45,208 nucleotides of DNA from Octopus sinensis. Its lineage: Eukaryota. The notes below the pieces were generated by a model. That model worked only from the letters and a program-made list of their open reading frames with translations, was not told the DNA's origin and did not search any database. The stretch covers positions 1 through 45,208 of the forward strand of contig NW_021834798.1 of assembly GCF_006345805.1 (NCBI RefSeq). The letters run 5' to 3'. This document shows, piece after piece, positions 1-13,754 of this stretch; positions within the stretch are counted from its first letter, which is position 1; each line of letters begins with the position of its first letter. The position numbers were made by a program, and so were the translations under genes.

Positions 1-184
1 ATTATATATACATAACATATATATATATACTATATATATAATGTATACACACATACATACATATATATCTATTATGTACATATATAGTATATAATACATA
101 TACATGCACATACACATATACATATATATATATAATATATATACAACATGCACACATACATACATACATACATACATACATACA

Positions 185-220
<36 letters not shown>

Positions 221-232
221 TATATATTATAT
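1..232. repeat. (TA)n/(CATA)n compound microsatellite
   Basis: Direct tandem TA and CATA units; source of the MYVC/HTYI pseudo-ORFs. Confidence 0.95.
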
Positions 233-1065
233 ACACACTTTGATCAAACCGCAATTCCATTGTGTTCATTTGCTTATCACCGAATTTTTGGCACCGTTAA
301 AACTCTCCATCAATAACCAGGTCACGAAAAGCGCCTTTTTCTGAATCTAAATAGAATTGAATGTCAGAGAAAACAAAGGAAACAGAATTGTATGGAAAAT
401 ACTTATCAGTAAACAGAAGTTTAACACGAATGTAATTAAAACTATTTATCTATGTGAGTTAACGATACAAACATACATGTACATTCATACATATATATAT
501 ACATGCATTATATATATATATATATAATTATATATTATAATATATATATATGAATTATGCAAGTATATACATATCTACAAAAAACATATATGTAAGAAAG
601 TATGCAACGATATAAATACATATATATATACATATATTCTATAAATATAAATATATTATATAATATATATAATATATAATATATATATATATATATGTAT
701 ATATATATGTTTATATATATAAATTGTTATATATTTATATATATATATATATACTACACGCATACACACGTGTATATATACATATATGTATTTGAAAGTA
801 TATATCGGATAGGTTGTAATGTATATATATATGTATGTATGCATATATACCGGTATCGATGCGTGTGCTTAGTTTGTATGAGTGTGTAAACGTAAGTGGC
901 TCTTTATGTATATGCGTGCGCATATGAAAACGCAAAGGCCGTTATTCTTGTGTATATATAACTGTATACAAATAAATTAAATTAGCATGAATTTGCCATT
1001 TTTTTCTTTCCTATTTATGAACAGAACGAGTATATAAATATCCAACTATTCATATCGACTTTCTG

Positions 1066-1108
<43 letters not shown>

Positions 1109-1139
1109 TATTCATATATATACTTTCAATTACTCATTT

Positions 1140-1585
1140 TGTTATTATTAACACCTTCCTCATCATTACTGTTATTATTATTATCATATATCATTATTAT
1201 TATTATATTATTATAATCATTTTATTATTATTATATATTATTATTATTATTATTATTATTATCATCATCATCATCATTATTATTATTATTATATTATTAT
1301 AATTATATTATTATTATTATTAATTATTATTATTTTATTATTTATTATTGTACTATTATTATTATCATTATTATTATTATTAGTAGTAGTTATTATCATC
1401 ATTATTATTATTATTATTATCATTATTATTATTATTATTTATTATTATTACTATTATTATATCATTATTATTATTAGTAGTAGTAGTATTATCATCATTA
1501 TTATTATTATTATTATTATTATTTATTATTATTACTATTATTATTATCATTATTATTATTAGTAGTAGTAGTTTTATCATCATCA

Positions 1586-1646
<61 letters not shown>
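1140..1646. repeat. (ATT)n/(ATC)n/(AGT)n trinucleotide microsatellite
   Basis: ~500 bp of degenerate ATT repeats. Confidence 0.95.
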
Positions 1647-1690
1647 TTCCTTTTGTTGCTATTTATTGACGTTGTTTATCTTCATGCTAG

Positions 1691-1759
1691 ATTTACAGCG
1701 AAAATCTGTGTCTTGGAGCAGCTCCTGTTTGACTTGTTACAAGACCAGTCATCACTGAC
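1691..1759 (+). other. Candidate 69-nt internal exon of an unidentified host gene
   Basis: Pyrimidine-rich stretch ending in TAG at 1688-1690, consensus donor GTAAGT at 1760, one open frame (FTAKICVLEQLLFDLLQDQSSL). No homology recognised. Confidence 0.25.
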
Positions 1760-2029
1760 GTAAGTTTAGAATTCCTATGTTAACTATTGTTGTTGCCGTT
1801 GTTATTGTTCTTATATAAATGAGAAAAGCAAAGGTACGTTGTAGAGTGGGTGATAATCAGTTGATAATTGTTCTTTGTTCCTACCATCACGTGATTACTT
1901 CACTTGAATATGGCGACCATATTGAAGCAGCAACTCTAACCAATTTCCATCACCTAAGAAAGTCGGAATAAAACACGGTTATTAATAATCATCCAAACAG
2001 TAGCAACATTGATTTCTAATTTTAGCTCT

Positions 2030-2140
2030 TGCTCACACATCTTGTGTTGTGGGTGTGGTCCCCAGTAAGTGACTGGTTCCCGGTAGGAGATTTGGTGCTC
2101 ATTTTATCGAATCTCGAAAAGTGAAAAGGAAGATTGTTGA
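2030..2140 (-). mobile_element. Degenerate SINE family B core fragment
   Basis: tgctcattttatcgaatctcgaaaagtgaaaagg resembles the family B core (gtacttattttatcgaccccgaaaggatgaaagg). Confidence 0.4.
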
Positions 2141-2268
2141 TATACATTTATAGCAACCGATCAACTAATATTTCATACTTTTATACTTCATTATCACAAA
2201 CGCTAACAAATAGTAGATTGCTGCAACATCGTTGTCACAAGGGCATATATATATATATATATATGTAT

Positions 2269-2665
2269 TCTTTTACTCTTTTACTCGTTTCAGTCATTTG
2301 TCTGCGGCCATGCTGGAGCACCACCTTTAATCGAGCAACTCGACCCCGGGACTTATTCTTTTGTAAGCCCAGTACTTATTCTATCGGTCTCTTTTTGCCG
2401 AACCGCTAAATAACGGGGACATAAACACACCAGCATCGGTTGTCAAGCAATGCTAGAGGGACAAACACACACATACGCATATGCATATATATACATATAT
2501 ACGACGGGCTTCTTTCAGTTTCCGTCTACCAAATCCACTCACAAGGCTTTGGTCGGTCCGAGGCTATAGTAGAAGACACTTGCCCAAGTTGCCACGCAGT
2601 GGGACTGAACCCGGAGCCATGTGGTTGGTAAACAAGCTACTTACCACACAGCCCCTCCTGCGCCT
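2269..2665 (-). mobile_element. tRNA-derived SINE family A, full length
   Basis: Minus strand reads AGGCGCAGGAGGGGCTGTGTGGTAAG (A-box region), GGTTCAGTCCC (B-box), a CORE-like TTGGGCAAGTGTCTT, an internal microsatellite and an (AAAAGAGT)n tail; more than 10 related copies in the window. Confidence 0.9.
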
Positions 2666-2979
2666 ATATATATATATATATATCTGATTGTATAGAAGAC
2701 CATTTCTTCCCGAATCAGACATGTTCATGGACACACTGAAGTTTCCGAGAGAAAGAGCTTTTCTCACAATTCGATGATAGAAAAAACTAAATTGGAATGC
2801 TTTGGTTTCCTCTAATTTTACAAATACTTGTTTTTTCCTATGGTGTGAGGTGCGTTATAGACAGTTTGCGGAACACTGAACGTAGAATATACTGTATAAT
2901 ATACTGTATACCATAATGGGGAATATTGTACGTAGAATTAATGCATCACGGACGGCGTTTGAATATATCTTTTTTTTCT

Positions 2980-3358
2980 TTTCATCTTGTTTCAGTCATT
3001 TGACTGCAGCCATGCTGGGGCACCGCCTTGAAGGGCTGTAGTCGAACAAATCAATCCTAGGTGATTATTTTTTGAAGCCTAGTACTTATTCTATCTGTCT
3101 CTTTTGTCGAGCCACTAGATTACATGGACGTAAACATACCACCACCGGTTGACAACCGGTGGTGGGGAACAAACACAGACACACACACACACACACACAT
3201 ATATACGACGGGCTTCTTTCAGTTTCCGTCTATCAAGTACTCTAACAAGGTTTTGGTTGACCCGAGGCAATAGTAGAAGACACTTGCCCTAGGTGCCACG
3301 CAGTGGGACTGAACCCGGAACCATGTGGTTGAAAAGCAAGCTTCTTACCACACAGCCA
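2980..3358 (-). mobile_element. SINE family A (variant subfamily)
   Basis: Colinear with 2269-2665, with the ccgccttgaagggc..gtcgaacaaatc variant. Confidence 0.88.
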
Positions 3359-4129
3359 ATTAAAAAAATTGAACGTATTAAATATGTTTAAATGAACACA
3401 ATAACTTCTTCCTTTCCTATCACTACAAAATGTATCATATACCTTATTTCTGTATGTATATTGTCTGCATATGATGTGCTTGTTCACAGAATCGTTTCCA
3501 TAACTGCCATCCACACTGGTTAGTTCCGAGTGTTAAAATTCCCCAGGTAGTAGACTTACACCTGTTACTCAATTGAAAACGATCCCAGATATTTAACAGT
3601 AGTAATTAATGGGGATGATGTGTATGTAGGTAGAGTCAATGTTTATTAATTGTATGTGGAGAGTTTCCATGCAAAAAGGAGTAAATGCATGTCAGTGGGT
3701 GTTGTAAATATATTTTCAAACGCTGTGTTACTCTAAAAGAAGTTTTTGTTGCTCTAACACTGCGATTCGCCCCTTTCGTGGAATAAATTATCTGCACTGT
3801 AGCCCTTTAAACAAGGTGTGCTTACATCTGTCATTTAGGCACACCCTTTCTTCGTCGCTGAAACTTTTCAGAGCATGGTATTTTTCAGGTGTGTTTGTCT
3901 ACAGACTGAGCTTTTCTCTTGTATCCCTGCTGGGTTTGAGAGGAATAATTACCCCATTTAATATATATTTGACAAGATTGGGGATAAATATAGTGGCAGT
4001 TCATCTTACTTTCTCCACACGTTTGCCAGCAGTTGCGGTGTTGATGGCGGTCGTAGTGTCAGGGGCGGGGTGGTGGTGGGAAAGTGGTGTTTGTTGTAGT
4101 GGTGTTAGCGATGGTAGTGATGGTGGTGG

Positions 4130-4460
4130 TTAGGTTCATGATAGAAGTGTTGGCGTTAATAACACTGTTGTTGTTACCGTGGTAGTAGTGGGTATAGTGG
4201 TGGTGGTGGTGGTGGTTGTGGTGGTGGTGGTGATGATGGTGGTGATGGTGGTGGTGATGGTGGTGGTGGTGATGGTGGTGGTGATGGTGGTGGTGATGGT
4301 GGTGGTGGTGATGGTGGTGGTGATGGTGGTGGTCGTGGTGATGGTGGTGGTCGTGGTGGTGGCGGTAGTGGTGGTGGTGGTGGTGGTGGTGGTGGTGGTG
4401 GTGATGGTCGCGGTTGTCGTAGTCGTCATGGTAATGATGAATGTGGTAGCGGTCGTAATA
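4130..4460. repeat. (GGT)n/(GAT)n microsatellite
   Basis: Direct trinucleotide repeats. Confidence 0.95.
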
Positions 4461-5164
4461 TAGTTACGAGAAACCGAGCTGCAGAGGTCGCTGTAATACG
4501 TATTTTCTTCGAGTCTGCAAATTTTATTTCCTATAACTATTTTCAGGTTCCATAATAAAAATATCCTCTAGCTCCATCCATAACTATCTTTTAGCAATTT
4601 AGTGGGAACATTCGTTCGCCTTCCATCGAACTTGCTTTAAATTACCCAAGCAATTTTGTAATATTGCCCAGGTCTGCTCTCTGTAATTTCATTATTGCAT
4701 ATCAAGAGAAACAGTCGGTCCTCCTTCCTTTGCATCTCTGTTGCCTATGATTTCGCCAGCTTGTGAAGGGTTTACGTCTATAATATTCTTGAAAGAGATG
4801 TGAGGGGGATCAAACAGGAGAGCAACACACAACTCTGCTGCTACGGGAATAAACACTTCGAGATGTCCAGTTATTTTCAGGCGACTGGAAACAGGATCTC
4901 TGTCTGCTTCTGAACACTGTAGACTTCGTTAAACACACACAAGAGCCGGATGTGGTGCTAAACTGGGTGACAGATGAAGTCCACCATTCAAGTTATGATT
5001 TATTCTTTTGTAATCCATAGCTACTAAGGAAGTTGCACTGCTTCATAAATAATGTAGGCATTTTCACTGTCGAGGGGACACAACAAAATTTGTTTCCTTG
5101 GACACAACAAAATTTGTTTCAACCCACGAATTCACATAAAGAATCTTGCAAACCAGATACGAAA

Positions 5165-5539
<375 letters not shown>

Positions 5540-5541
<2 letters not shown>

Positions 5542-5705
5542 GTTTCTTTATTAGCCACACAGGGCTGCACACAGACAGAACAAATTACAAGGTAGAGCTT
5601 TTCTTTTGGGGGTAAAAAAAGGGGGTTGGTTTTCGATCAAAAGAGATCGTAAAAAGAAAGAAAGAGGACAAAAAAAGGGGAGGATTTAAAAAAAGGGGGG
5701 GGATA
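5540..5705 (-). mobile_element. Retroelement 3' end sharing the SINE B2 tail (putative partner LINE 3'UTR)
   Basis: Minus-strand end GCAGCCCTGTGTGGCTAATAAAGAAACA matches the SINE B2 tail TTAGCCCCTAGTGGCTAATAAAGAAATA; upstream sequence is unrelated to the SINE. Confidence 0.5.
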
Positions 5706-6522
5706 CATAGATACAGATGTGAGCAACTCTAGTAAAAAGTTTCTTTATGCAAAACGATGACCAGGAACTGGAGCAATATTTGCATATACTTCAAGTGAAA
5801 TGTATTAAATACATCCCAGAAATGAAAACCTAATTTTACAAAATATATTTCCAGAAACAAAGAGCATTTATCGAGAAATTTATTTTCGTTAATTTTATAG
5901 AAAATAGAGGTGTCTTTTCCCTTTAAAACATGTATAGAAAAAGCAAGATACTAAATACTATAGATGGTCGGGTAAAAATAGTTCGACATTTTGAAACGAG
6001 AAAGAAAATGATAAGAAAAATAGAAGCGTGAGAATCGCTTCCTTTTAGCGATATTATGGATTGAAGATATCAGGTGACATGAGCTGTATATTTTTTTTAA
6101 TATTACTCGTTTTTTTACTAACCGTTATCATGCTAAGTTCACAGTTGTTAAGAAGTATTATTAATACCATAACGTCTAAGATTTACATTTTTCATTTTTT
6201 TTAAATAATCTTAAAGCTTCTCAAAAAACCTTTGAAATTCAGAGAGAATTTAAAATGCAGCTGGCTGCATATTGTTCATAAAGGAAGCACCACAATGCAA
6301 ATGGGTTGTATTATGCAGAAAATTGAATGTATAATGGAAAATATGACATATTTCACCCAAGGAAATAAAGAGGGAAATATTAGTTTGTTATAAGTTGCAA
6401 GGGAAAATACAGAAAAACAGAGAAATAAGAAATATATTTCAACTCCGTTGATTACATCAGTGTTATATATGTATGTGCGGTGTGTATGTGTATAAATTTA
6501 TATGTGTGTATATGTCATTATA

Positions 6523-6753
6523 TATTTCTTTATTGCCCACAAGAGGCTAAACATAGAGGGGACAAACAAGCACAGACAAATGGCTTTAGTCGATTACATC
6601 GACCCCAGTGCGTAACTGGTACTTTATTTATCGACCCCGAAAGAATGAAAGACAAAGTCGACCTCGGCGGAATTTGAACCCAGAACGTAACGACAGACGA
6701 AATACTGCTAGGCATTTCGCCCGGCGCGCTAACGTCTCTGCCATCTCGCCGCC
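6523..6753 (-). mobile_element. tRNA-derived SINE family B (B2 tail), full length
   Basis: Minus strand GGCGGCGAGATGGCAGAGACGTTAGC..GGTTCAAATTCC..GACTTTGTCTTTCATTCTTTCGGGGTCGATAAA (resembles the Meta-domain SINE core, from memory), tail AATAAAGAAATA. Confidence 0.88.
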
Positions 6754-7243
6754 TTTGTATATGTCATTATATATATACACACAAGACACCAGCGATAGGG
6801 ATACTGTTTTATCTCATATGCACAAGGCCAAAAAAACATTCGGAAAGTGTCAAGTCAATATAATCAAACGGAGGGGTTTTTCAACTGATACTTATTCCAT
6901 TGACCCGGTGGGATAATATGAAAAGGTGACGTGGTTGTGATTTAAAGTCCCGACTGTTCAAACAGATTGGTATCTCATATGGTTCTATAATTAGAGAACA
7001 TTGACGACACCGATTAAATCGCTGTAATTATTGGGGCACTGGGATATGTACCACACTACCTAAGTATTAATCTTGAGAAATTAAGCTTCTCAAACCAGAG
7101 AGGAGAAAGCTTATTCGACGACTACAGATCCTAGCCATCACTGTTATGGTAAAAATCTGCAAACTTTCAAGAAATTTATCATTTTTGTGTAGATAAAACA
7201 AAACATGTAAATCTGCACATGTCCCCCCAAAAAGTGTACATAT

Positions 7244-7333
7244 ACATACATACATACATACATACATACATACATACACACATACATACATACATACATA
7301 CATACATACATACATACATACATACATACATAC
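7244..7333. repeat. (CATA)n microsatellite
   Basis: Direct repeats. Confidence 0.95.
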
Positions 7334-7560
7334 AAACAAAAATACCCTGCTGATGTTTTTCAAATACGTATAGAGGAGCTTTTGATCAAGGCTAGAAACC
7401 TGCAGTTTATCTATTGGCAGTAAATCTTGAAATAAAACTGAATTATGAAATACATGCATACATTTTTTTTTCAGAACGGTGAATTTCGAAGCAAAAAAAA
7501 ATAAAAGCCTGTAAATGATATGTATATAGGTTAAACTCTCTTGGGATCGAAAAAGGTCGA

Positions 7561-7628
7561 GTGCTGCTCGTGGAACTCGAACCCACATCTCTGTTGTAGA
7601 CATGACAGACGTTCTACCATTAGATCGA
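7561..7628 (-). pseudogene. Degenerate tRNA-like sequence (tRNA pseudogene or SINE head)
   Basis: Minus strand CTAATGGTAGAAC (D-loop-like), TCTGT..ACAGA stem, GTGGGTTCGAGTTCCAC T-arm; acceptor stem not intact and anticodon loop oversized. Confidence 0.4.
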
Positions 7629-8029
7629 AATAATTTTCTTAATGTCTCTATCCATATTAGGTGCGTGTCTGCATGTGCGTATATACAAGTCTAGAAGAAG
7701 AGCTTATCTACGACGATTTAACTGCGTTACGCCTTCTAACTGGTTGTATGCATTTAGTATAATATACAGATGCCTTTAGTCTGACACATAAGCGCATATG
7801 AATATATAGATACACCCCACTTTTGCCTCAAAATGCCACTCTCACATTTTCTCTATCTCTCTCTCTCTCTCTCCCTCTTCTTTTCTTCCTTTCTCTCTCT
7901 CTCACCTTTTGACTCCAAGGTTAAGTTCTATGCCCTTACATGGCTGGAGATATTTTTCACGTCATCATTTCTTGTAACAAACAAAAATTGCCTTCCTTGT
8001 GCCGCTTGCCGTTACTGAGAGAAATTAAT

Positions 8030-8031
8030 AC

Positions 8032-8071
<40 letters not shown>

Positions 8072-8132
8072 ATTATTATTATTATTATTATTATTATCAT
8101 CATCATCATCATCATCATCATCAGTAGTAGTT

Positions 8133-8169
<37 letters not shown>

Positions 8170-8462
8170 CAGCAGCAGCAGAAGCAGCTGTAAGAGGAGA
8201 GGAAGGAGAAGAGGAAGGTGGAGGAGAGGAAGGAGAAGAAGAGGTAGGAGGAGGAGGCGAATGGGAGGATGAGGAGAATGAGGAGCAGGAGCAGGAGGAA
8301 CAGGGAGCAGGAGAAGAGGAAGAAGGGGAAGAAGGGGAAGAAGGGGAAGAAGAAGAAGAAGAAGAAGAAGAAAAGAAGAAGAAAAAGAAGAAGAAGAAGA
8401 AGAAGAAGAAGAAGAAGAAGAAGAAGAAGAAGAAGAAGAACAACAACAACAACAACAACAAC
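8030..8462. repeat. Compound trinucleotide array ATT-ATC-AGT-AGC-AGG/AGA-AAG-AAC
   Basis: Successive pure trinucleotide blocks. Confidence 0.95.
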
Positions 8463-8782
8463 GAGATGTAAAAATGACAGCACGAGATGAGATGCAAGGC
8501 TTCTGTGTTGGAGAAGAAAGAAAAACAAACAACAAATAATACACAAAAACAAACAGCAAAGTCTAAGTACACAATACATATTTGCATCGATTGAGGGAGG
8601 GAGAAAGACAGAGAGAGAGAGAGACATGAAGAAGAGAGGAGGAGATGAAGGGATATAGAAAGGGGGAGAATGGAATCAGTAGGAGTAGAAAAAGAGGGTG
8701 AACGATCGGGGTCAAGAAAAACAGGGGCAGAGAATGGCGGCAATGAAAATAGAGATGGGAGGGAGGGAGGAAAGAATAGCAT

Positions 8783-8800
8783 TGGTGTGCGTGTGTGTGC

Positions 8801-8832
<32 letters not shown>

Positions 8833-9258
8833 ATGTGTGTGTATGTGTGTGTATGTGTATGTGAGTGCATGTGTATGTGTATGTGTGCGTGCGTGTATGT
8901 GTATGTGCACGTGTGTGCATGTGTATGTGCGTACGTGTATGTGTATGCGTGTATGTGTATGTGTATGTATGTGTGTGTGTATGTGTATGTGCGTACGTGT
9001 ATGTGTATGTGTGTGTGTGTATGTGTATGTGTGTGTATGTGTGTGTGCGTGTATGTGTGTGTATGTGTGTGTATGTGTATGTGTGTGTGTGTATGTACGC
9101 GTGTATGTCCGTGTGTGTATGTGTATGTGCGTGCGTGTATGTGTGTGTATGTGTGTGTGTATGTATATGTGTGTGTATGTGTGTGTATGTATGTGTATGT
9201 GTATGTGTGTGTACGTTTGTGTGTATGTGTGTGTATGTGTATGTGTGTGTGTGTGTTT
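8783..9258. repeat. (TG)n/(TATGTG)n microsatellite
   Basis: Direct repeats. Confidence 0.95.
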
Positions 9259-9561
9259 AGAGTGCCAGAAGATTGCTTATTTCATCTGCAGATAATTATG
9301 CATGTTTGTGCAGCACTTCATTATAACATGTGCATTTGCGCTTGAGTGAAGGATACACTCTACCGCTGACAACAACGACCCCAAACACCCCCACTTCCCA
9401 CCCTTCACACACAATATTTCACTTCTGGCAGAATTGGGAAGACAAGAAAGGAGGAAGTAGAAGAGGACGAAGAAAAAGAAGAGAAGATAAAAAAGAACTA
9501 TAATGACTGACACACACACACACACACACGTTTATATATACATAAATATGTGTAAAACCAC

Positions 9562-9596
<35 letters not shown>

Positions 9597-9905
9597 GATG
9601 CATATATGTAAATGTTCATACATATATACATATGTCTATATATGCATATACATGCATGCATGTGTGTATATGCATGTGTGTATGTTTGTGTGAGTACGTA
9701 CGTATATGCATGTATATGTGTGTAAGTGTCTGTGTGTGTTTGTGTGTTTGTGTGTATGTGTGTGTGTGTGCATGTGTGCATGTGACGGTTTCCGCAAAAG
9801 CATGACAGAAATGTGCCAATTTTATCAAAGGGCAAAGGTCATTCATGTTGGTAGAATAAATCTGCCACTATAGTAATTTTTCATCTTCTTCATTGCAGGC
9901 GAAAA

Positions 9906-10215
9906 ATGGATCAGAAGCAGAAGCAACGCCGTATTTGTGTTCTTGGTGAAAGAGAGACACAGTCAGTCCGTCTGACATCTGTAGAAGGCGACTGGTTGTT
10001 TACGAAGATACAATTGACGAGAGTTGTCTGCACAGATGGATAAAGAAGTTTCAAGAGTAAGCCAGCAATGAAGACATACCACACAGTCGCAGACCGTTCA
10101 TCTGTGACCATTGATACGAATCGCCACTGAGTGAACGAACTGCTTCGCGCAAACAGACAAGTTACGATCTGTGAGCTTCCAGAATTGGATTGTAGCTACA
10201 GTCCATTACAGATGC
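9906..10215 (+). mobile_element. Decayed mariner-family transposase N-terminus (HTH region)
   Basis: Cross-frame translation MDQKQKQR..FLVKE..DICRRRLVVY..IDESCLHRWIKKFQE..EDIPHSRRP..VNELLRANRQVTICEL matches mariner DNA-binding domain motifs; contains stops and frameshifts. Confidence 0.7.
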
Positions 10216-10233
10216 TAGAAACTTCAGGTGTCC

Positions 10234-10385
10234 TTTTACTCTTTTACTTGATTCAGTCATTTGACAGTGGCCATGCTGGAGCACCACCTTTAGTCGATCA
10301 AATCGACCTCAGGACTTATTCTTTGTAAGGCTTACTACTTATTCTATCGGTCTCTTTTGCCGAACCGCTAAGTTACAGGGTCGTA
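10234..10385 (-). mobile_element. SINE family A, 3' part only
   Basis: ttttactcttttacttg..gccgaaccgctaagt matches the family A tail region. Confidence 0.85.
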
Positions 10386-12091
10386 ACTTAGCAAAAAATC
10401 AAATCCCCTGCAGTATTTAGTCGGAGATAATATCTCTTGTGAACGTGCTGAATATCGGAGGCGAAAGGAGATCATCGGATAATTCTAGATGTAGTTCTGT
10501 CTATTTGAGTTTTGTCAATACAATATACTGATACCCAGTCGCATACTAAGACGAAATCTGTCGCCATATAGAAAGAAAAACTGCTGATATTACGAATAGC
10601 CACCAGTTGAATGAATCAAACATTGTTGTAGACCTTTAAAGCATACATATTCCTCAATATCCACATATTTCTTGCAGTTTCAAATTGAACATAGCCCACC
10701 TCAATCACTCTCATAAGTCAAGAATAAACCCCATAGACCATGGGCCGCGCGTACTCACTCGCATTTTATCAACCCATTGTTTTAATAGTTGCGTTTAATG
10801 TCCAAATATGTTTTAATTGTATTATAAATGTATCTGTGTGTAGTAGGTGTCACAATAAATTTACCGATTGGTTCCGTGGTAAGATCGCGCGGCACAGGCC
10901 CAGCTGTCGTATTCAAGAGACACTTCGTAACAATTATAAACATGATACTTAACACACGATTTTCATGCAACAATAAATCTTCCTCCCATAAAGGCAATTA
11001 AAAATACGAAATAATTTCATGTTTGATCGTTTGCGCTTAATTAGTAATGAGGATTTCAAAGTTTAAACTATTATTACTTAAAAAAGCATTACTATTAGAG
11101 ACATGATGTATATGCATGTGTGAGTTTGTGCGCAACTGTAAGCACGTGTTTGTATGTATGTGAGTGTGTGTGTGTATATATGAGTGAAATACAAATGTAC
11201 GTACAAGAAGAGGCACGTGCGAACAGGCAGTTACATACATACAACACCAGAAGCTCATATATGTCTTCGTGTGTGCGCGTGTAAATATGGATAAATGCAA
11301 TTATATGTAAGCATTTGTATGTTGAATGAACGTAAGCTCGTATGTATGAGAATATACATAGATACATACATATATATATATATATATATGGTGGGGTTGT
11401 TTGCTTGTATGAGTGGAGGGTGTGTGTGTGTATACATCTACGAGTATGTCTAGTTAATGTTTATTCCAACGAAACAATTCTTGATTGCATCAAAATGAAG
11501 ACACGAATCTGTTCCTTTGACATCTTTGATATATTTAATTACGCTGGCTGACAGTTTTACACACACACACACAAACACACACACTTATATATATACACAC
11601 ACACATACATACACACGCACAAACACGCATACAAATACATACGCATGAATGTACCTCTACCACACACACACACACATGTGCACAAATAAATATATACACA
11701 CACACATAATTATTTTTATGCAAACCCAGATACATGTGTGTGTGTATACATATGTATATACATATATATATAATATATAATATATAATATATATACATAT
11801 AGTTTATATATATTCATATATATATAGAGAGAGAGGCAGAGAGAGAGAGGGAGAGAGAGGGAGAGAGAGACGGACAGACAGACAGACTGACAAATAGACA
11901 GATCAATAGATACACATACATAACGCATACATGCATGTGCATCTGTGTATATGCATGTTTGCATGCATATACATATGTGTGTGTGTTTACTATAAATGGT
12001 AACGTACATACCCACGTGCTTGAATGCATAATGGAAATGGAACACACACACATACACAAACATACATGTTCGTGTATGTGTGTGGGTTGAT

Positions 12092-12300
12092 CTTTTATTG
12101 TGACTGCGGCCATGCTGGAGCACCGCCTTTAGTCGAACAAATCGGCCCCGGTACTTATTCTATCGGTATTTTTTGCCGAACTGCTAGATGCGGGAACGTA
12201 AACACACCACCATCGGTTGTCAAGCGATGGCAGGTGTAGAAACACAGACACACAAACATACACACACATACATACATATATATATATATGTATGTGTATG

Positions 12301-12335
<35 letters not shown>

Positions 12336-12402
12336 AATAAAATCCAATGAAAGGAAAGCAGTTAATGAATTAAAATGTATCAATCATAAATCTCCATTTT
12401 CT

Positions 12403-12451
<49 letters not shown>

Positions 12452-12620
12452 TTATATATATATTATATATATATAAATACACGAAGGGCTTCTACACAGT
12501 TTCCTACTACCAAATTTAACCACAAGACGATCGGCCCAGTAGAAGACATTTTCTCAAAGTACCGCGCATAGAGACTGACCCCAGAACCTCATGGCTGCAA
12601 AGCTAGCTTCTTAACCTCAC
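12092..12620 (-). mobile_element. SINE family A, degenerate, with expanded internal (TA/CA) microsatellite
   Basis: 3' half at 12092-12250 and head at 12480-12620, separated by ~230 bp of microsatellite. Confidence 0.75.
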
Positions 12621-12689
12621 ATCTATGCCTGCATTTTATGTAACTTCTTAATTATATGACTAATTTCCAAGATATCAATGTTTTGCGAT

Positions 12690-13050
12690 GATCTCATTTT
12701 TTACCACTTCACCGCTGTTCTGATGCCTTTGTTACATACGTCTTATATTTTAGGTTTGTCTTTTCTGTTGTACTGAAAGCACAACGCCTATGGTGCTATC
12801 TTTTGCATATTATGCTTACTTGTATGTCATGCGTTGGCGGCTGAGTATGGGTCTGTAAGTTTGGGACTATTCCCAGAGCACCTATTATTATAAGGATTGT
12901 TTCTGTTTTCATGGCGCCGCAATCTGGTCATTTTATTTCCAGAATTTATATTTTGCTAAGTCCTCAATTCGCCTACAGTTACATCATCATCTGTTGGGAC
13001 TGATATATTTCATCTAAGAGGCTTCTCCTTTCCTGGTTGTCTTGTTCCAG
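12690..13050 (-). pseudogene. Old R4/Dong-like 3' remnant (REL endonuclease C-terminus and 3'UTR)
   Basis: Minus-strand cross-frame translation LLDEISVPTDDDVT..LAKYK..MKTETILIIGALGIV..MQKIA; the 3'UTR AAGGCATCAGAACAGCGGTGAAGTGG resembles 43460-43500. Confidence 0.6.
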
Positions 13051-13282
13051 TGTCTCATTAACCACCTCTGCTAACAGATTGCGTGTCCTGTTCCTTATTT
13101 AACCACAATTTTGCGCTAATTTTGGTGCATTCCTGGTTCTCTTTTATTTTTTCTTGTTTTCTTCCAATTTTTGTCGCATCCAGACTGTATTTTGTTTTAT
13201 TTCGACCGCCAAGAAATGTTCACATGCTGTTCCAGTCTCGCCAATGAGAAACGCTTTCTTTTTATCTATATTTCTTATGTTT

Positions 13283-13430
13283 CAGTCATTAGACTGCAGC
13301 CACGCTGGGGGTAACGCCTTCAATATGTTTTTGTCGAGTGTATCGAATCCCGGAACTTATTATTTAAAAGTCTGGTGTTTATTTTATTATACTCTTTAAT
13401 CGAACCGCTAACTTACGGAGACGCATACAC
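13283..13430 (-). mobile_element. SINE family A variant, 3' part, degenerate
   Basis: tgtttcagtcattagactgcagccacgctggg..gaaccgctaacttacgg. Confidence 0.75.
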
Positions 13431-13549
13431 CATCTTTTATACAATATATTCTACAAAATGCTTCATAGTAATATTCAATATTATATATATACCATATATA
13501 TATATAATATACTATATATATATATTATATATATATATATATGTGTACT

Positions 13550-13753
13550 TATTAAAATTATAGATTAGGGTATATACAAGATACCACCATGCTGAAAATA
13601 GCAGCCATGATCTTACTCTAAATCACCATAATTGTCCATATATCAACACGGATAATATATATATGGACAATTATGGTGGTTTTAGAGTTAGATCATGGGT
13701 GCTATTTTCAGCATGGTGGTATCACGTATATACCCTAATTTATAATTTTAATA
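13550..13753. mobile_element. Foldback/MITE-like palindrome, ~94-bp arms, ~15-nt spacer
   Basis: tattaaaattatagattagggtatatac..attgtccatatat is the reverse complement of atatatggacaatt..gtatataccctaatttataattttaata, with few mismatches. Confidence 0.85.
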
Positions 13754-13754
13754 A

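Noticed and set aside
4881-5020. Exon after the ttattttcag acceptor (DWKQDLCLLLNTVDF..)
   Set aside because: No recognisable homology, no convincing donor, and not phase-compatible with the 1691-1759 candidate
5740-5800. LYAK-NDQELEQYL as a Dong RT fragment
   Set aside because: Too short, needs a frameshift, and has no adjacent YMDD
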